From NCBI RefSeq assembly GCF_009914755.1, contig NC_060931.1: DNA of 64,000 nt. One strand, 5' to 3'. The DNA is from the human T2T-CHM13v2.0 reference genome, Homo sapiens. The notes below the pieces were generated by a model. It worked only from the letters and a program-made list of their open reading frames with translations, did no database searches and had not been told where the DNA came from. Both the position numbers and the translations under genes were made by a program. Shown one piece after another: positions 39,161-52,909 of the stretch. Numbering within the stretch: position 1 is the first letter of the stretch; each line of letters starts with the position of its first letter.

Positions 39161-40108
39161 CTATGGTATCTAGTGTATGATGTATATTATATATACTCAA
39201 ACTTACTCATGAGTAAAGTTGCATTAATAATTCTTCACAAGGGATTATATATCATTGTTCTATTTTGCTAATAGGTAATCAACTCCCTTTCACCACTACT
39301 CTCAACTCTCGTAATTAGCAACTATAGACAGTTAATTAGGGTTTGCATAGAAATTTGGAGATGGAGTAATGGGCAGATGGAGATGCAACTTAGAAAACAG
39401 AAAGTTGCCTTAAGTTGTGGGTGTTTTATGGAATATGAAACATGAGGCCTAGAACAAAGTTTAGATAGACTATCTAGTTCAGGAGTTTCAAATTATGTAT
39501 AGAAAACTTCCATTGATAAAAATAATGGTAGCCCTTTGTCAATTTTCTGAAGAAATGAGTGAATGCTTAGAATGTTACCAGTTTAAAATGTTTATTTCAG
39601 AAGTTCTTTTTAAAACTTTAACTCTGTATCTTTATTAAAATCTTACATAAGGAAGTTCTATCGCATTTAGTAAAATATTATATATTTATCTTACATTTAA
39701 TACACTGATATTTATTTCATGACTTTTCAAAGCTTCAAGTTGCTTTATTGCCTGAAATGGTTTGAAAATATACAACAGAGTAATCTGCTTTATTTTAGAG
39801 TTAAGGAAATTGAGGCTCCAAGGTAAAATGACCTGCTGTCACATAGAAAATTAGGATTGGAATACAAATGTTTTCTTTCCACTAAAACCACTTCTATCAT
39901 ATATGAAAGAGAAAATGATAGAAAGATACAGCGGGTGAATAAAAAAAACCCAAAAACCTTGAAGCACTCCTTCAGTGAGGTACAGAGAAAAGGAAAGGGG
40001 GGAAAGAGGTTAGAAGAAAGCTTCACTAGGCCGAATTGAAGAAGCCAAGAGTCGCGAAGGTGTAGAAGCATGTCTAATTCTGAGAGAAGAACATTGTCTT
40101 GAACTCAC

Positions 40109-40365
40109 AGATATCACACACATTGTAGCTCCAGGTAGAGACAGAGCACATGGTATTTTCAGAGATAGTTTGGTAGGGCAGGTTGGCTAATTTCACATAG
40201 TCATTGAGTTCAGCCTCTGTTTTCAGCTTGATTAGCATGATGTCATGATCAATAGAAGTGACTGAGAAGTGTGGATGATGAATCATCTTCTCATAGCCAA
40301 TCACTTGCAGATGCTTTTCATTAGAGTCTGCTGGGATTGTAACCCCCAATATCACCCGAAGCTTT
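40109..40365 (-). CDS. PRSS58: Serine protease 58, coding exon 3 (catalytic Asp)
   Basis: cag|A AAG..ATC T|gtgagt; KLRVILGVTIP..IHHPHF..DHDIMLIKL..MCSVSTWSYNVCDI; 257 nt. Confidence 0.95.
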
Positions 40366-40588
40366 CTGGAACAATATAGACGTTTATGAGAGGACTTAAC
40401 AGAGATGGCTTCTCCATCATTATGAGCCTCTATTATCCCTCCCCACAGACCTTTTTCTGTACCCTCGTATGTCTCCCAAAGGCCTTTCTAATCCCATTTA
40501 ATTGGGAGATGGTCTCAGACAGGGGTGAGAGTCTGTGCCCAACCTGAGAACCCAAAGAATGGAGTGCCTTTGAAGGCTTATCACTCAC

Positions 40589-40727
40589 GGTAAATTGCAG
40601 TGTGCAGCTGTGATCACCCAAAGCGGGTGGATCAGGACTCCAGCGCAGGGCAAGTAGTCAGATTTCAAATAGACCAAGTAAGGGGGAGTGGAGCTGACTG
40701 TGTAATCTGGATTAAAGGCCAAAGCAA
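40589..40727 (-). CDS. PRSS58: Serine protease 58, coding exon 2 (catalytic His)
   Basis: cag|TT..TTA CC|gtgagt; [46 protein letters not shown]; 139 nt. Confidence 0.95.
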
Positions 40728-41199
40728 CTGGAAAGAGAAGCATAGACAAGAAATTCCAAGATTTCTCAGTCATCACCAGAAAAACTTCAGGAAAGTCATT
40801 TAATAGGCTCCAAGTTCCCCTATCCTTTTCTCTAGCAACTTTATCTGTAAAATGACTTACTTTGTTCTAAAACACGAAGAAAAGACAAATGGTAGAAACA
40901 TATCTCTTTTGAAAAATAAAAAGTGTTTGGCTTTTTCACTGTCAATAAAATCTTTCAAATTAAATGTTCAACTTTCTTAAATACCTTCCACAATTTAGTG
41001 GGTTGTATGCTAAATCAACGAATTTTTTTCACTATTTTTACCAATTTTAGAATGCTTCAATAAGTCTTAAGGCATTCTTATTTAGAATGCTTTAATAAGT
41101 CTTATCTCTTTTTCCCAACAACAACTCAAGACAGAATTATATAAGTATCATGACAAGAACAGACCAAATGCTAAGAGTCTGAGGAGGGGAAAAATAATG

Positions 41200-42390
<1,191 letters not shown>

Positions 42391-42721
42391 AGATATCTGA
42401 TTCTTCAATGTTCTGCTGTGCCCTCTGTGGTGCAGAACATCAATCCTGTTGCAGACAGGTCCAGAGTCAGGTCTTAGGAGTGGGTCTGGTATTTGAGTGA
42501 CAATGTCCACGCCTCCCACAAAAGCACACAAGCAAACCTCCTGCGGCAGGCAGGCAGGCACTATCACAGGAGGAAACTTGATGGGAACGGGGCAGTGGAG
42601 AGGGACAGAGGACCATCCTACACTTGAATTCTGGAATGATGCCTCTCGCTGTTACCCGTCTTTCATGCTTTTCCCAGGATTTCTCTTTGGTGGGTAAAGA
42701 GACAAATATGCACACACTCAC

Positions 42722-42761
42722 CAGTCAGATTCAAGAGGGCCCAGAGGAGGATAAACTTCAT
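42722..42761 (-). CDS. PRSS58: Serine protease 58, first coding exon (signal peptide)
   Basis: ATG at 42761; MKFILLWALLNLT G|gtgagt; 40 coding nt as in trypsinogen exon 1. An acceptor (ttttccag|42794) implies an upstream non-coding exon. The five exons join to 241 aa plus stop. Confidence 0.95.
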
Positions 42762-43459
42762 GATGATGTTGAAAGCCCAGTTTAGCTCCAGTCTCTGGAA
42801 AACTGGGAAGAGAGAGAGAAAACAACTAAATAAAACAAAGCAAGATTGTAGAATTGGAAAAATATATCATCTGAATTATTTTAGTAGCAGGATTCAGTTT
42901 TAGAAATGGTGTCCATTATTCAGAGGAGAGTGTAGCGTCATCTGTCAGAGAGACAAGAATAGAGTCAAGTGATTGGTCCCCAATACAGTTGAAAATGGTT
43001 CTGGAACTCAGAGTTCTGCCCTCTGTCTTCAGGGAAGAAAGTACCAAAGCTAAGTTGAAGTTCATGATATCTCTACAGACGCCTCCTGTCTGGTCTCCTT
43101 TTTGCCAGCCTTGGTAGGCAGGTTCCCCTCTAAACTATGTGTGGGCTGCTGCCCCTCCTGTCTGTGTGATGCTATCCCCCACTGTGTGATGCTATTTTTC
43201 TCCAGTGGACATAATGTAGCCCTCTGGAGCTGACATTGCTTCCTCTGCCTGACATTAAACTCCTCTTTGAAATACATTAACCTTTTCCTTCATGTCACTG
43301 TTTATCCATTTATTCTGTGAACCAACCTGCTAATTATTTATCTTATGTATCTAACTTGTGCTAGGATCTGTGCTTGCTGTTGGGGTTGCCTCAACTGAAG
43401 GATTTCTTTCCTACCTTCCAAGAGCTTACAGACTAGTGGGAATGATACTTAAGTTGATG

Positions 43460-44635
43460 GTTATGAAACAAAGTATTCAGGGCTAAAAATTGAGATATGC
43501 CACAGACTAGATAAAAATATTTGCAAAACACATATCTGCTAAATAATTCATGTATAAGGAAATAGTAAAATTCGACATTAAGAAAACAAACAACACAACC
43601 TAAAAGTGGGCCAAAGATCCTTACCAAATGTTTTAGTCTGCTTGGACTGCCATAAAAAAAACCACAGTCTAGGTGTCTTACACGACAGACACTTACTTTC
43701 TTATAGTTCTGAAGGTCAGAAGTCCATGATCAAGGTGTTGTCAAATTCAGTTTCTGGTGAGGCCTCTCTCCCTGGCTTGTGGATGATCACCTTCTTACTG
43801 CTTCCTCACATGGCCTTTCCTCTGTGCACACAGAGATAAAGAGGGAAAGAAAGCTCTCTGGTGACTCTTTTTATAAGGACATAAATCCTATTGGATCAGG
43901 GCTCCACCCTTCTAACCTAATTTAGCCTTAATTGCTTCCTTTTAGGCCCTATCTTCAATACAGTTGCATTGAGGTTTAGGCCTTCAAACAGATATATTTT
44001 GCAGTGATGGGGAAGATAACACCAGAGAATATATACAGATGGTAAATGGCATATGAAAAAATTCTTAACATAATATGTCATTAGGGAATTACAACAACAA
44101 TGGGATACCACTACATACCCTGTGGAAGGGCTAAAATTCAAACACTGACAACAACAGATGCTAGTGAGGATATGAAGTATCAAGAACTGATGCTGGTGAG
44201 AATTTATTGCTGATGAGAGTGCAAAATGGTACAGTCACTTTAGAAAATAGCTTGGAAGTTTCTTATTAAGCTCAACATAACCTTACTATATGATACAGCA
44301 ATTACACTTCTTGATACACCAAAAGATTTGAAAACTTGTGTTCACAAAAATCCTACACATAAATGTTTATAGCAGCTTTGTTCAAAGTTGCCAAATCTTG
44401 GAAGCAACCAACATGTCCTTCAATAGATAAATGGATAAACAAAGTGTGATTCATCCATATAATGAAATGTTATTCAGAGATTTTATGATTTAAAAAACTT
44501 AACTCTCAAGCCATGAAAAGACATGGAGTAAACCTATATGCATATTGCTAAGTGAAAAGAGCTAGTCTGAAAAGATTATATACCATATAATTCCAATTAT
44601 ATGACATTCTGGGAAAGGCAAAGCTATGGAGACAT
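43460..44635 (+). mobile_element. Old L1M 3' region with inserted MaLR LTR (MLT1-type, about 43629-44005)
   Basis: L1 motifs 'atatttgcaaaacacatatctg', 'aaaatggtacagtcactttagaaaatag'; MLT1 motifs 'tgttttagtctgcttggactgccataa', 'ttcttatagttctgaaggtcagaagtcc', 'aaatcctattggatcagggctccaccc'. Confidence 0.8.
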
Positions 44636-47512
44636 ATGTATGTGCAAGAACTTTTTTCCTATAATGACTTCTTTTCCTCCGGATAGATTCCAAGGAGTGG
44701 GATTGCTGGATCAAATGGTAGATCTACTTTCAGTTCTCTAAGGAATCTCCACACTGTTTTCTATAGTGGTTGTACTAGTTTACAATCCCACCAACAGTGT
44801 AAAAGTGTTCCCTTTTCACCACATCCATTCCAACATCTATTTTTTTTTTTGATTATGGCCATTCTTGCAGGAGTAAGGTGGTATCACATTGTGGTTTTGA
44901 TTTTTTTTTCATATGTTTTTTGGCCAGTTGTAAGTATTTTTTTAAGAATTATCTATTCATGTCCTTAGCCCACTTTTTGATGGGATTGTTTTTTTTTTTC
45001 TTGCTGATTTGTTTGAGTACCTTGTAGATTCTGAATGTTAGCGCTTTGGCAGCTATACAGATTGCAAAGATTTTCTCAGGGTTGTCTGTTTACTCTGCAG
45101 ATTATTTCTTTTGTTGTGCAGAAGATTTCTCATTTAATTAAGTACCATCTATTTATCTTTTTGTTGCATTTGCTTTTGGGTTCTTGGTCATAAAGTCTTC
45201 GTCTAAGCCAATGTCTAGAAGGGTTTTTCCTATGTTATCTTCTAGAAATTACATGGATTCAGGTCTCAGATTTAAGTCTTTGGTCTATCTTGAGTTGATT
45301 TTTGTGTAGAGTGAGAGATGAAACCAGTTTCATTCTTCTACATGTGGTTTACCAATTATCGCAGCACCATTGTTGAATTGGCTGTCCTTTCCCCACTTTA
45401 TGTTTTTGTTTACTTTGTCGAAGATCAGTTGATTATAAGTATTTGGCTTTATTTCTGGATTCTCTATTCTGTTCCATTGGGCTATGTGCCTATTTTTATA
45501 CCAGGACCATTCTGTTTTGGTGACTATGGCCTTGTAGTATAGTTTGAAGTCAGGTAATGTGATACCTCCAGATTTGTTCTTTTTGCTTAGTCTTCCTTTG
45601 GCTATGTGGACTCTTTTTTGGTTCCACATGAATTTTAGGATTATTTTTCTAGTTCTGTGAAGAATGATGGTGGTATTTTGGTGGGAATTGAATTGAATTT
45701 GTAGATTGCTTTTAGCAGTATGATCATTTTCACAATATTTATTCTACCCATCCATGGGCACGGAATGTGTTTTCATTTGTTTGTGTCTTCTATGATTTCT
45801 CAGCAGTGTTTTGTAGTTTTCTCTGTAGAGGTATTTCACCTCCTTGATTAACTATATTCCTTTTTTTGTGTGGTTATTGTAAAAGGGATTGAGCTCTTGA
45901 TTTGATTCTCAGCTTGGTTGCTGTTGGTGCATAGCAGTGCTACTTATTTGTGTACATTAGTTTTGTGTCCTGAAACTTTGCTGAATTCATATTCCAGTTC
46001 TAGGAGCTTTTTGGATGAGTCTTTAGGGTTTTATAGGTATACGATCATGTCATCAGCAAGCAATGAGAGTTTGACCTTCTCATTACTAATTTGGGTGCCA
46101 TTTATTTCTTTCTCTTGTCTGATTGCTCTGGCTAGGACTTTCAGTACTATGTTGAATAGAAGTGATCAAAGTGGGCATCCTTGTCTTGTTCCAGTTCTTA
46201 GAAGGAATGCTTTCAAGTTTTCCCCATTCAGTATAATGTTGGATGTGGGTTTGTTATAGATGGCTTTTATTACCTTAGGATATGTCCCTTCTATGCCACA
46301 TTTTGCCGATTTTGCTAAGGGTGTTAATCATAAAGAGATGTTGGATTTTTTCAAATGCTTTTTCTGCATCTACTGAGATAATCATATGATTTTTGTTTTA
46401 ATTCTTTTTATATAGTATATCACATTTGTTGACTTGCAGATGTTAAACAATCCCTGCATCCTTAGTATGAAACCCACTTGATCATGGTGGATTACCTTTT
46501 TGATATGCTGTTGGATTCTGTTAGCTAGTATTTTGTTGAAGATTTTTGCATCCATATTCATCAGGGATATTGGCCTGTAGTTTTCTTTTTTGTTATGTTC
46601 TTTCCTGGTTTTGATATTAGGGTGATACTGCCTTCATAGAATGATTTAGGGAGGATTCCCTTTTTGGAATAGTGTCAATATCTTTTGGAATAATGTCAGC
46701 AGGATTGGTACCAATTCTTCTTTGAATGTCTGATAGAATTCAGCTGTGAATCTGTCTGATCCTGGACTTTTTTTTATTGGCAACTTTTTAATTACCATTT
46801 CAATCTTGCTGCTTGTTATAGGTCTGTACAGAGTTTCTATTTCTTCCTGGTTTAATCTGGGAGGGTTTTATATTTCCAGGAATTTATCCATCTCCTCTAG
46901 ATTTTCTAGCTTATGCATGTGAAGGTGTTCATTGTAGCCTTGAATGATCTTTTGTATTTCTGTGGTATTGGTTGTAATGTCTCCCATTTCATTTCTGCTT
47001 GAGCTTATCTGATTCTTCCCTTTTCTTTTCTTGGTTAAGCTCATTAATGGTCTATCAATTCTATTTATCTTTTCAAAGAACTAGGTTTTTGTTTCATGTA
47101 TGTTTTGTATTTTCTTTTGTTGTTATTTCCATTTCATTTAGTTTTGCTCTAATCTTGATTATTTCTTTTCTTCTTCTAGGTTTGGGTTTTGTTGGTTCTT
47201 GTTTCTCTAGTTCCTTGAGGTGTAACCTTAGATTGTCTATTTGTGCAATTTCACACTTTTTGATGTAGACATTTAATTCTGTGAGCTTTCCTCTTAGCAC
47301 CTCTTTTGCTGTATCCCAGAGGTTTTGATAGGTTTTGTCACTATTATTGTTCAGTTCAAAGAATTTTTAAATTTTCTTCTTGGTTTCATTATTCCTGCAG
47401 TAGTTCTTGGAGAAAAAGTTGACGATGTGGGTATCCACATGCTGCTCTGTCCCTCCAAGTGGGAGCTGCAACCTAGTCCTGCTCCTATCCACTAATTTTT
47501 TCTTGAACTCCT
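44636..47512 (-). mobile_element. L1PB-type element, antisense: ORF2 segment joined directly to the 5' terminus
   Basis: ORFs 45330..45629 and 47094..47300 give ORF2p peptides ([14 protein letters not shown]; LRGKL..LKELEKQE); 47392-47512 matches recalled L1PB 5' end. Confidence 0.88.
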
Positions 47513-48489
47513 CCTAAATGTGTATTTTTATTAAGCCATTAAATTTGTGATGTTTTTACACAGCATTAGAAAACTAATACAAATGCATACTGGATGCTGG
47601 CATCATATTCTATAATGATGATTCCATGGCAAGGGAGATAAGAAGCTTGCTCTCATACATCATAATGCTTAATGAGGGGGAGACAGATGTAACAAGAACA
47701 ATCATCGTGAATGTCAAAGGAAAAGGGAGGTAGAGAAGCATGTCGCAGGACCCTAATATAAGGTCAGAAGAAGACCTTCTTTGGGAAGTGAAGTTTGAAA
47801 CTTGAAGGATGAGTAGAAGTTAGCCAAATGAAGAGATGGGGAAGAAATCTCCAGGTGGATGAACCAGAGCTCCAAGGAGAACAAGGAATGTAAAAAAGAG
47901 AATGAAGAGAGAGACAGGCAAGGAGACACAGATAGGAGAATCATATGAAACAGACTTTGCAGGATTTGTCGAGTAAGAACTGCCTGCAAAGGAAATAGAG
48001 GAGGCAATCAGAGAGTAGGTCAAAGAAACATGTCCTCGGGTTCTGTATTTTAGATGAGTGAGGCTTTATTTTCCTTAAATGATAACAGGAAGAAGGTGAT
48101 AGATAGGGAAAATTGGAGATAATCAATACAGCAAGTCCATGAGGAAGTCAGACAAGATGGGGTCCATTTCACAGGTAGAGATAGAGGCTGTAAATAATAA
48201 GGTCTTACCTCCACTATAGCAGGAAGAATGAAAAAGAAAAAAGGTGGGGGAAAGCAAGTATGTTTGCAGTTTTAGTGGTGGCAATTTCAGAGAGGTATCT
48301 TCTGCTGGTTTCAGTTTTTCTCTACTCCCACACTAGAGGTCATCTGCTAAAAGTGAGCATTAAAAGTTTGAGGAGAGAGGAGAGGGTTTGAAATTGCTAC
48401 TGCGGAGAATTATACAAACAATTTATTGGAGAAGATAGGATTGCCAATAAGTGCTAAAGATGTAATTCAAGGGTTACAAGAAGTAATTA

Positions 48490-48800
48490 GTTGAGCTCTA
48501 TAATCCTAAGTGAATTAACACGGGAACAGAAAACCAAATATCGCATGTTCTCACTTATAAGTGGGAGCTAAATATTGAGCACACATGGACATAAACATGA
48601 GAACAATAGACACTGCAGATTACTAGAAGTTGGAGGGAGGGAGAGGGGCATGGTTTGAAAAACTACCTACCAGGTACTATGCTCACTACGTGGGTGATGG
48701 GATCCATACCCCAAACCTCAGCATAACACAATATACCCACGTAACATACCTACGCGTGTCCCCCCCGCATCTAAAATAAAATTTGAAATTAAAAAAAAAC
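48490..48800 (+). mobile_element. L1PA/PB 3' end
   Basis: 'aacagaaaaccaaatatcgcatgttctcacttataagtgggagctaa...ctaaaataaaatttgaaattaaaaaaaa'. Confidence 0.88.
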
Positions 48801-49047
48801 TCTGGCACAAATACAGACATGATTCATTAAGGGTGCTTTGGGCAGTGAGTCAGAGACAGGAAACTGGGGAAAATGTGAGAGAAGACTGGCAAACTGAGGA
48901 CGTGTCATTTGGATGGGGCCAGAAATTAAAGAAAAAAATAATCATATAGTGAATGAAATGGCTTTAGTATCTAGATTTTAGAACAAAGAAAATTTCTGTG
49001 AATGGACCAGAACAAGCTATTGGTCTTAGATGCACCTAAGCTCTCTG

Positions 49048-49361
49048 GTTTTGGTTTTTTGTTGTTGTTGTTTTAGAGACAGGGTCTTGCTCTGTCACTC
49101 AGGCTGGAATTCAATGGCACAGTAATAGCTCATTGCAGCCGTGACCTCCTCCCCTGTCAGCCTCCCATGTAGTTAGGAGCTTTTTTTTTTATTACTATTT
49201 TATGTAGAGGCAAAGGTTTCTCTGTGTTACCAAGGCTGGTCTTAAATTCCTGGTGTCAAACAATCCTCCCACCTCAGCCTCCAAAAGTGCTGGGATTATA
49301 GACCTGAGTCACCCCATGTGGGTTTTGTTTTGTTTTGTTTTGTTTTGTTTTGTTTTGTTTT
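49048..49361 (-). mobile_element. Degenerate AluJ (-) followed by (TTTTG)n microsatellite (49323-49361)
   Basis: Reverse Alu 'gagacagggtcttgctctgtcactcaggctgg...cctcagcctccaaaagtgctgggatta'; pentamer repeat directly after. Confidence 0.8.
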
Positions 49362-51106
49362 AGGAGAAGAGAAAACACATTCAGGCATCCAGGTTCAGGG
49401 TCCAAAAACCAACTCACCTCTGCAGACTTTATAGATGCCCTAGATTCACTGCGCCCCTCAAGGGAAGAAACCTCAAACCTCTTTACGCCTCCCACAGTGG
49501 GTTTCTCCTATGGTGTGGTTCTCTGTTCCCATCTTCACTGGCCTCCTCTGCCCATCTTTTCTTTTTTAACATAAGATCCCTATGTCATATTGACCCTTTT
49601 CTCTCTGTTGCTCTTTGGTCTCTCATATGTCACTCAAACCCCTAACTTTGGGGGGCCACTCAGAATCCCCTTAACTCTGTCTCTGTTTTTAGATGATTTG
49701 GACAGTGGCTATGGGATGCTGCACATCTCCCCAACATATGCCAGTGTGAGAGAAGGGCTGAGCACCCATCACAGCTCTTCTCCATAGGAGAGAGCCCTCC
49801 CAAACCCCGCAGCTCCCACCCACCAATGTAGGACTCCTGTTTGTTAGTCACTCCTCAGGAAGCATCTGGATTTCAGATCAATGTCTCCAACTGCCTGCTG
49901 GAAATAACCACCTCTACATCCTTAAAGGATCTCAATATAGCAGGCCACCTGTCTCCTCATGCAGGACCATGCTCTTGATACCTTGCACACAAATGCACTT
50001 GTTATCCTCATATTATCTTTGAGAATCACCATCTTACCTGTTGTCCAAGTCAAAAACTTGGGAGAGTTATCCCTGACATCTCCCTTGCCTTTCTTCTTAC
50101 AGTAAGTATGTCCAAATCTTACAGATGTTACTTCCTTAGTATCTCTCAAATCAGAAATTGGATGGTGTTTTGTTTACTGTAAAAGCTTCAATGACACCCC
50201 CTCCAATGCCTACAAGGTAAAAATCTAAGTTCCTTTATAGAGCAGGTCAGGCCCTTCATCTCTCAACATTTGCCTGCCTATAATAGAATAATATTTTATG
50301 GCATTATTTTTCCTTTTCTACAATTTATTTTCTACCTTCAAGGTTTGCTTATTTACATATATTTTCCAGCCTATACCACACTTTCATATGCTTTTTTGCC
50401 TTTTAATAAACTATGTGCTCAGTTTTACAATATCCTCCCCTAATTTGTCCACCTCTCTGGTGTTACTTCTCCTGGCACTACCACTCAGAATGTTTTATTT
50501 TATGTTTTCGTGGAGCTTACTGCTCATCTCTGTTATAGCAGTTATCAAAAGGTATTGTAGTTAGCTAACTGATGGCCAAGGTCATGTCATAGTCACTCAG
50601 GCATCCTTAGCAAAGGCCGTGCCTACTAAACAGCTAGTGGTTAATATTTGAATGAATAAATGAATGAACAAACACAAGGTGAAGAGGTTGCTAAATTTCT
50701 CATTATCCTCAAAGTTTACATGACAAAGACAGCAGGAGTCATGGCACAGGTTCTCAGCTACTCATTTTTTTTTTTTAATCAGATGTTTCCTCTTTGGATT
50801 TTGTTCCAAAATAACAAAGATGAAGAGAGTTGTAGATCCAGTGTAGAAATTATGAAGAGGTGGTACTGAGGGGATATGGGAACAGAGGCGCCTCAGTGGG
50901 TATCCATAATTTTCAAGATCCATCTTGCATAGCTATGAACACCTGTGAAGAATCCTTCACTTCCTAGGGTGACACTTCCTTCTGCCCAGGACAAGATTCC
51001 ATGCAACCTCCCATTGCAGATGGCTGGGGCAGCCGAAACATCCTTATAGAGAGAAGGAACAGAAGGTCAATGTGTCCTTGTCCTTATGGAACAAGAGTAA
51101 ATGCCA

Positions 51107-51393
51107 GCTGGGCGCGGTGGCTCATGCCTGTAATCCCAGCACTTTGGGAGGCAGAGGTGGGTGGATCACAAGGTCAGGAGATCAAGACCATGCTGGCCAA
51201 ATGGTGAAACCCTGTCTCTACTAAAATACAAAAATTAGCCGGGCGTGATGGTGCGTGCCTATAATCCCAGCTACTCAGCAGGCTGAGAATCACTTGAACC
51301 TGGGAGACGGAGGTTGTGGTGAGCCAAGATCATGCCACTGCACTCCAGGCTGGGTGACAGAGTGAGACTACATCTCCAAAAAAAAAAAAAAAA
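51107..51393 (+). mobile_element. AluS (Sc-like) in last intron of the trypsin-like pseudogene
   Basis: Full Alu with 'ggatcacaaggtcaggagatcaagacc'; imperfect TSD agtaaat(g/t)cca. Confidence 0.93.
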
Positions 51394-52520
51394 TAGTAAA
51401 TTCCAAAAAGCGGCACATAACAGTAGCAAAACCATCTAAGAGAATGGGCTTATTTTTCTTGAGAGGTGGCAGACTTCTCTTTACATCCACATAAGTCTTA
51501 CTTCTAAGGTTCAAGCTTGACCCAACCCAAGTGCAAGACAAAGGACAAATAGTTTTACCCCAAATCTCTCCCACTCTGAAAGATGAGAAGGGCAATGGTT
51601 AGAAACCCAGAGGTGAGTAGGGAGAGGAGAGGGACTCCAGCTCTCTGCTTCTCTCTCTTAGGAGGCCTTTTGGATGAGTGCTCTTTGATTCTGCATTATC
51701 ATCACTCCTCCCATGGGACTCTTGCTATCTTCCAGTATAGAGAAGGGAGAAATACCTTGTTTTTAGATAGGATCCTTAGAGGGTGTCCTACACAAATGAT
51801 GTTTCCTGCCTGTTCTTCTTTGAGTCTATCCTGACAGTCACGGAATGGAAGAGAATATTGGTTGATCCATGTCAGGATGTCAGGATCACTGACTGTGGGA
51901 AAGAGAAAACAAACTCCAGAGTGACTCTTCTTATCACAAGGGCTCTTCTAACCAGATCCTGTTTTGTAAATAAATTCAGTCCTGAGAATATTCAATGCAG
52001 GTAGCAGCAGACACTCCATTCTCCGTAGGATTCCTTGTTCAGTAATCTCCATGTTAGAGAAGTAGGTTTATAAGTCCCCTTTGTCAGATATCAAATCCAT
52101 AGGTCTTTCTGTGCTATGCATCATTTATAAAATTTTGAAAAAACTGTGAGTTATTAGTGACCACAAGGAGAAAGAGACAGTAACGAAACCATTGTCTCAA
52201 AGATTTTCCCCCTACACACACACCTTTATTGGGCATCTACTTGATCCTTTTCACGTTTAGTTATAAAGGGAGAAACTATTTTTAGTGCATATAAAACTGC
52301 TTTTTGAGTTACACAGATTATTTATAAGTGTTTATAGTATGTGTATTGATATAAATATACATATATATTTCCCCCAAGAAGTTGTCATGTTGTTCATCTC
52401 CATAATAGCAATTGCTATTATACTGTCAAATTCAGGATACAGGGACTTTAACGAAGGTATCATGTAATTTAAATTTCTGGTAGAGAATAGCAAAGAGAAA
52501 GGAAACAAAAACGCTGACCA

Positions 52521-52909
<389 letters not shown>

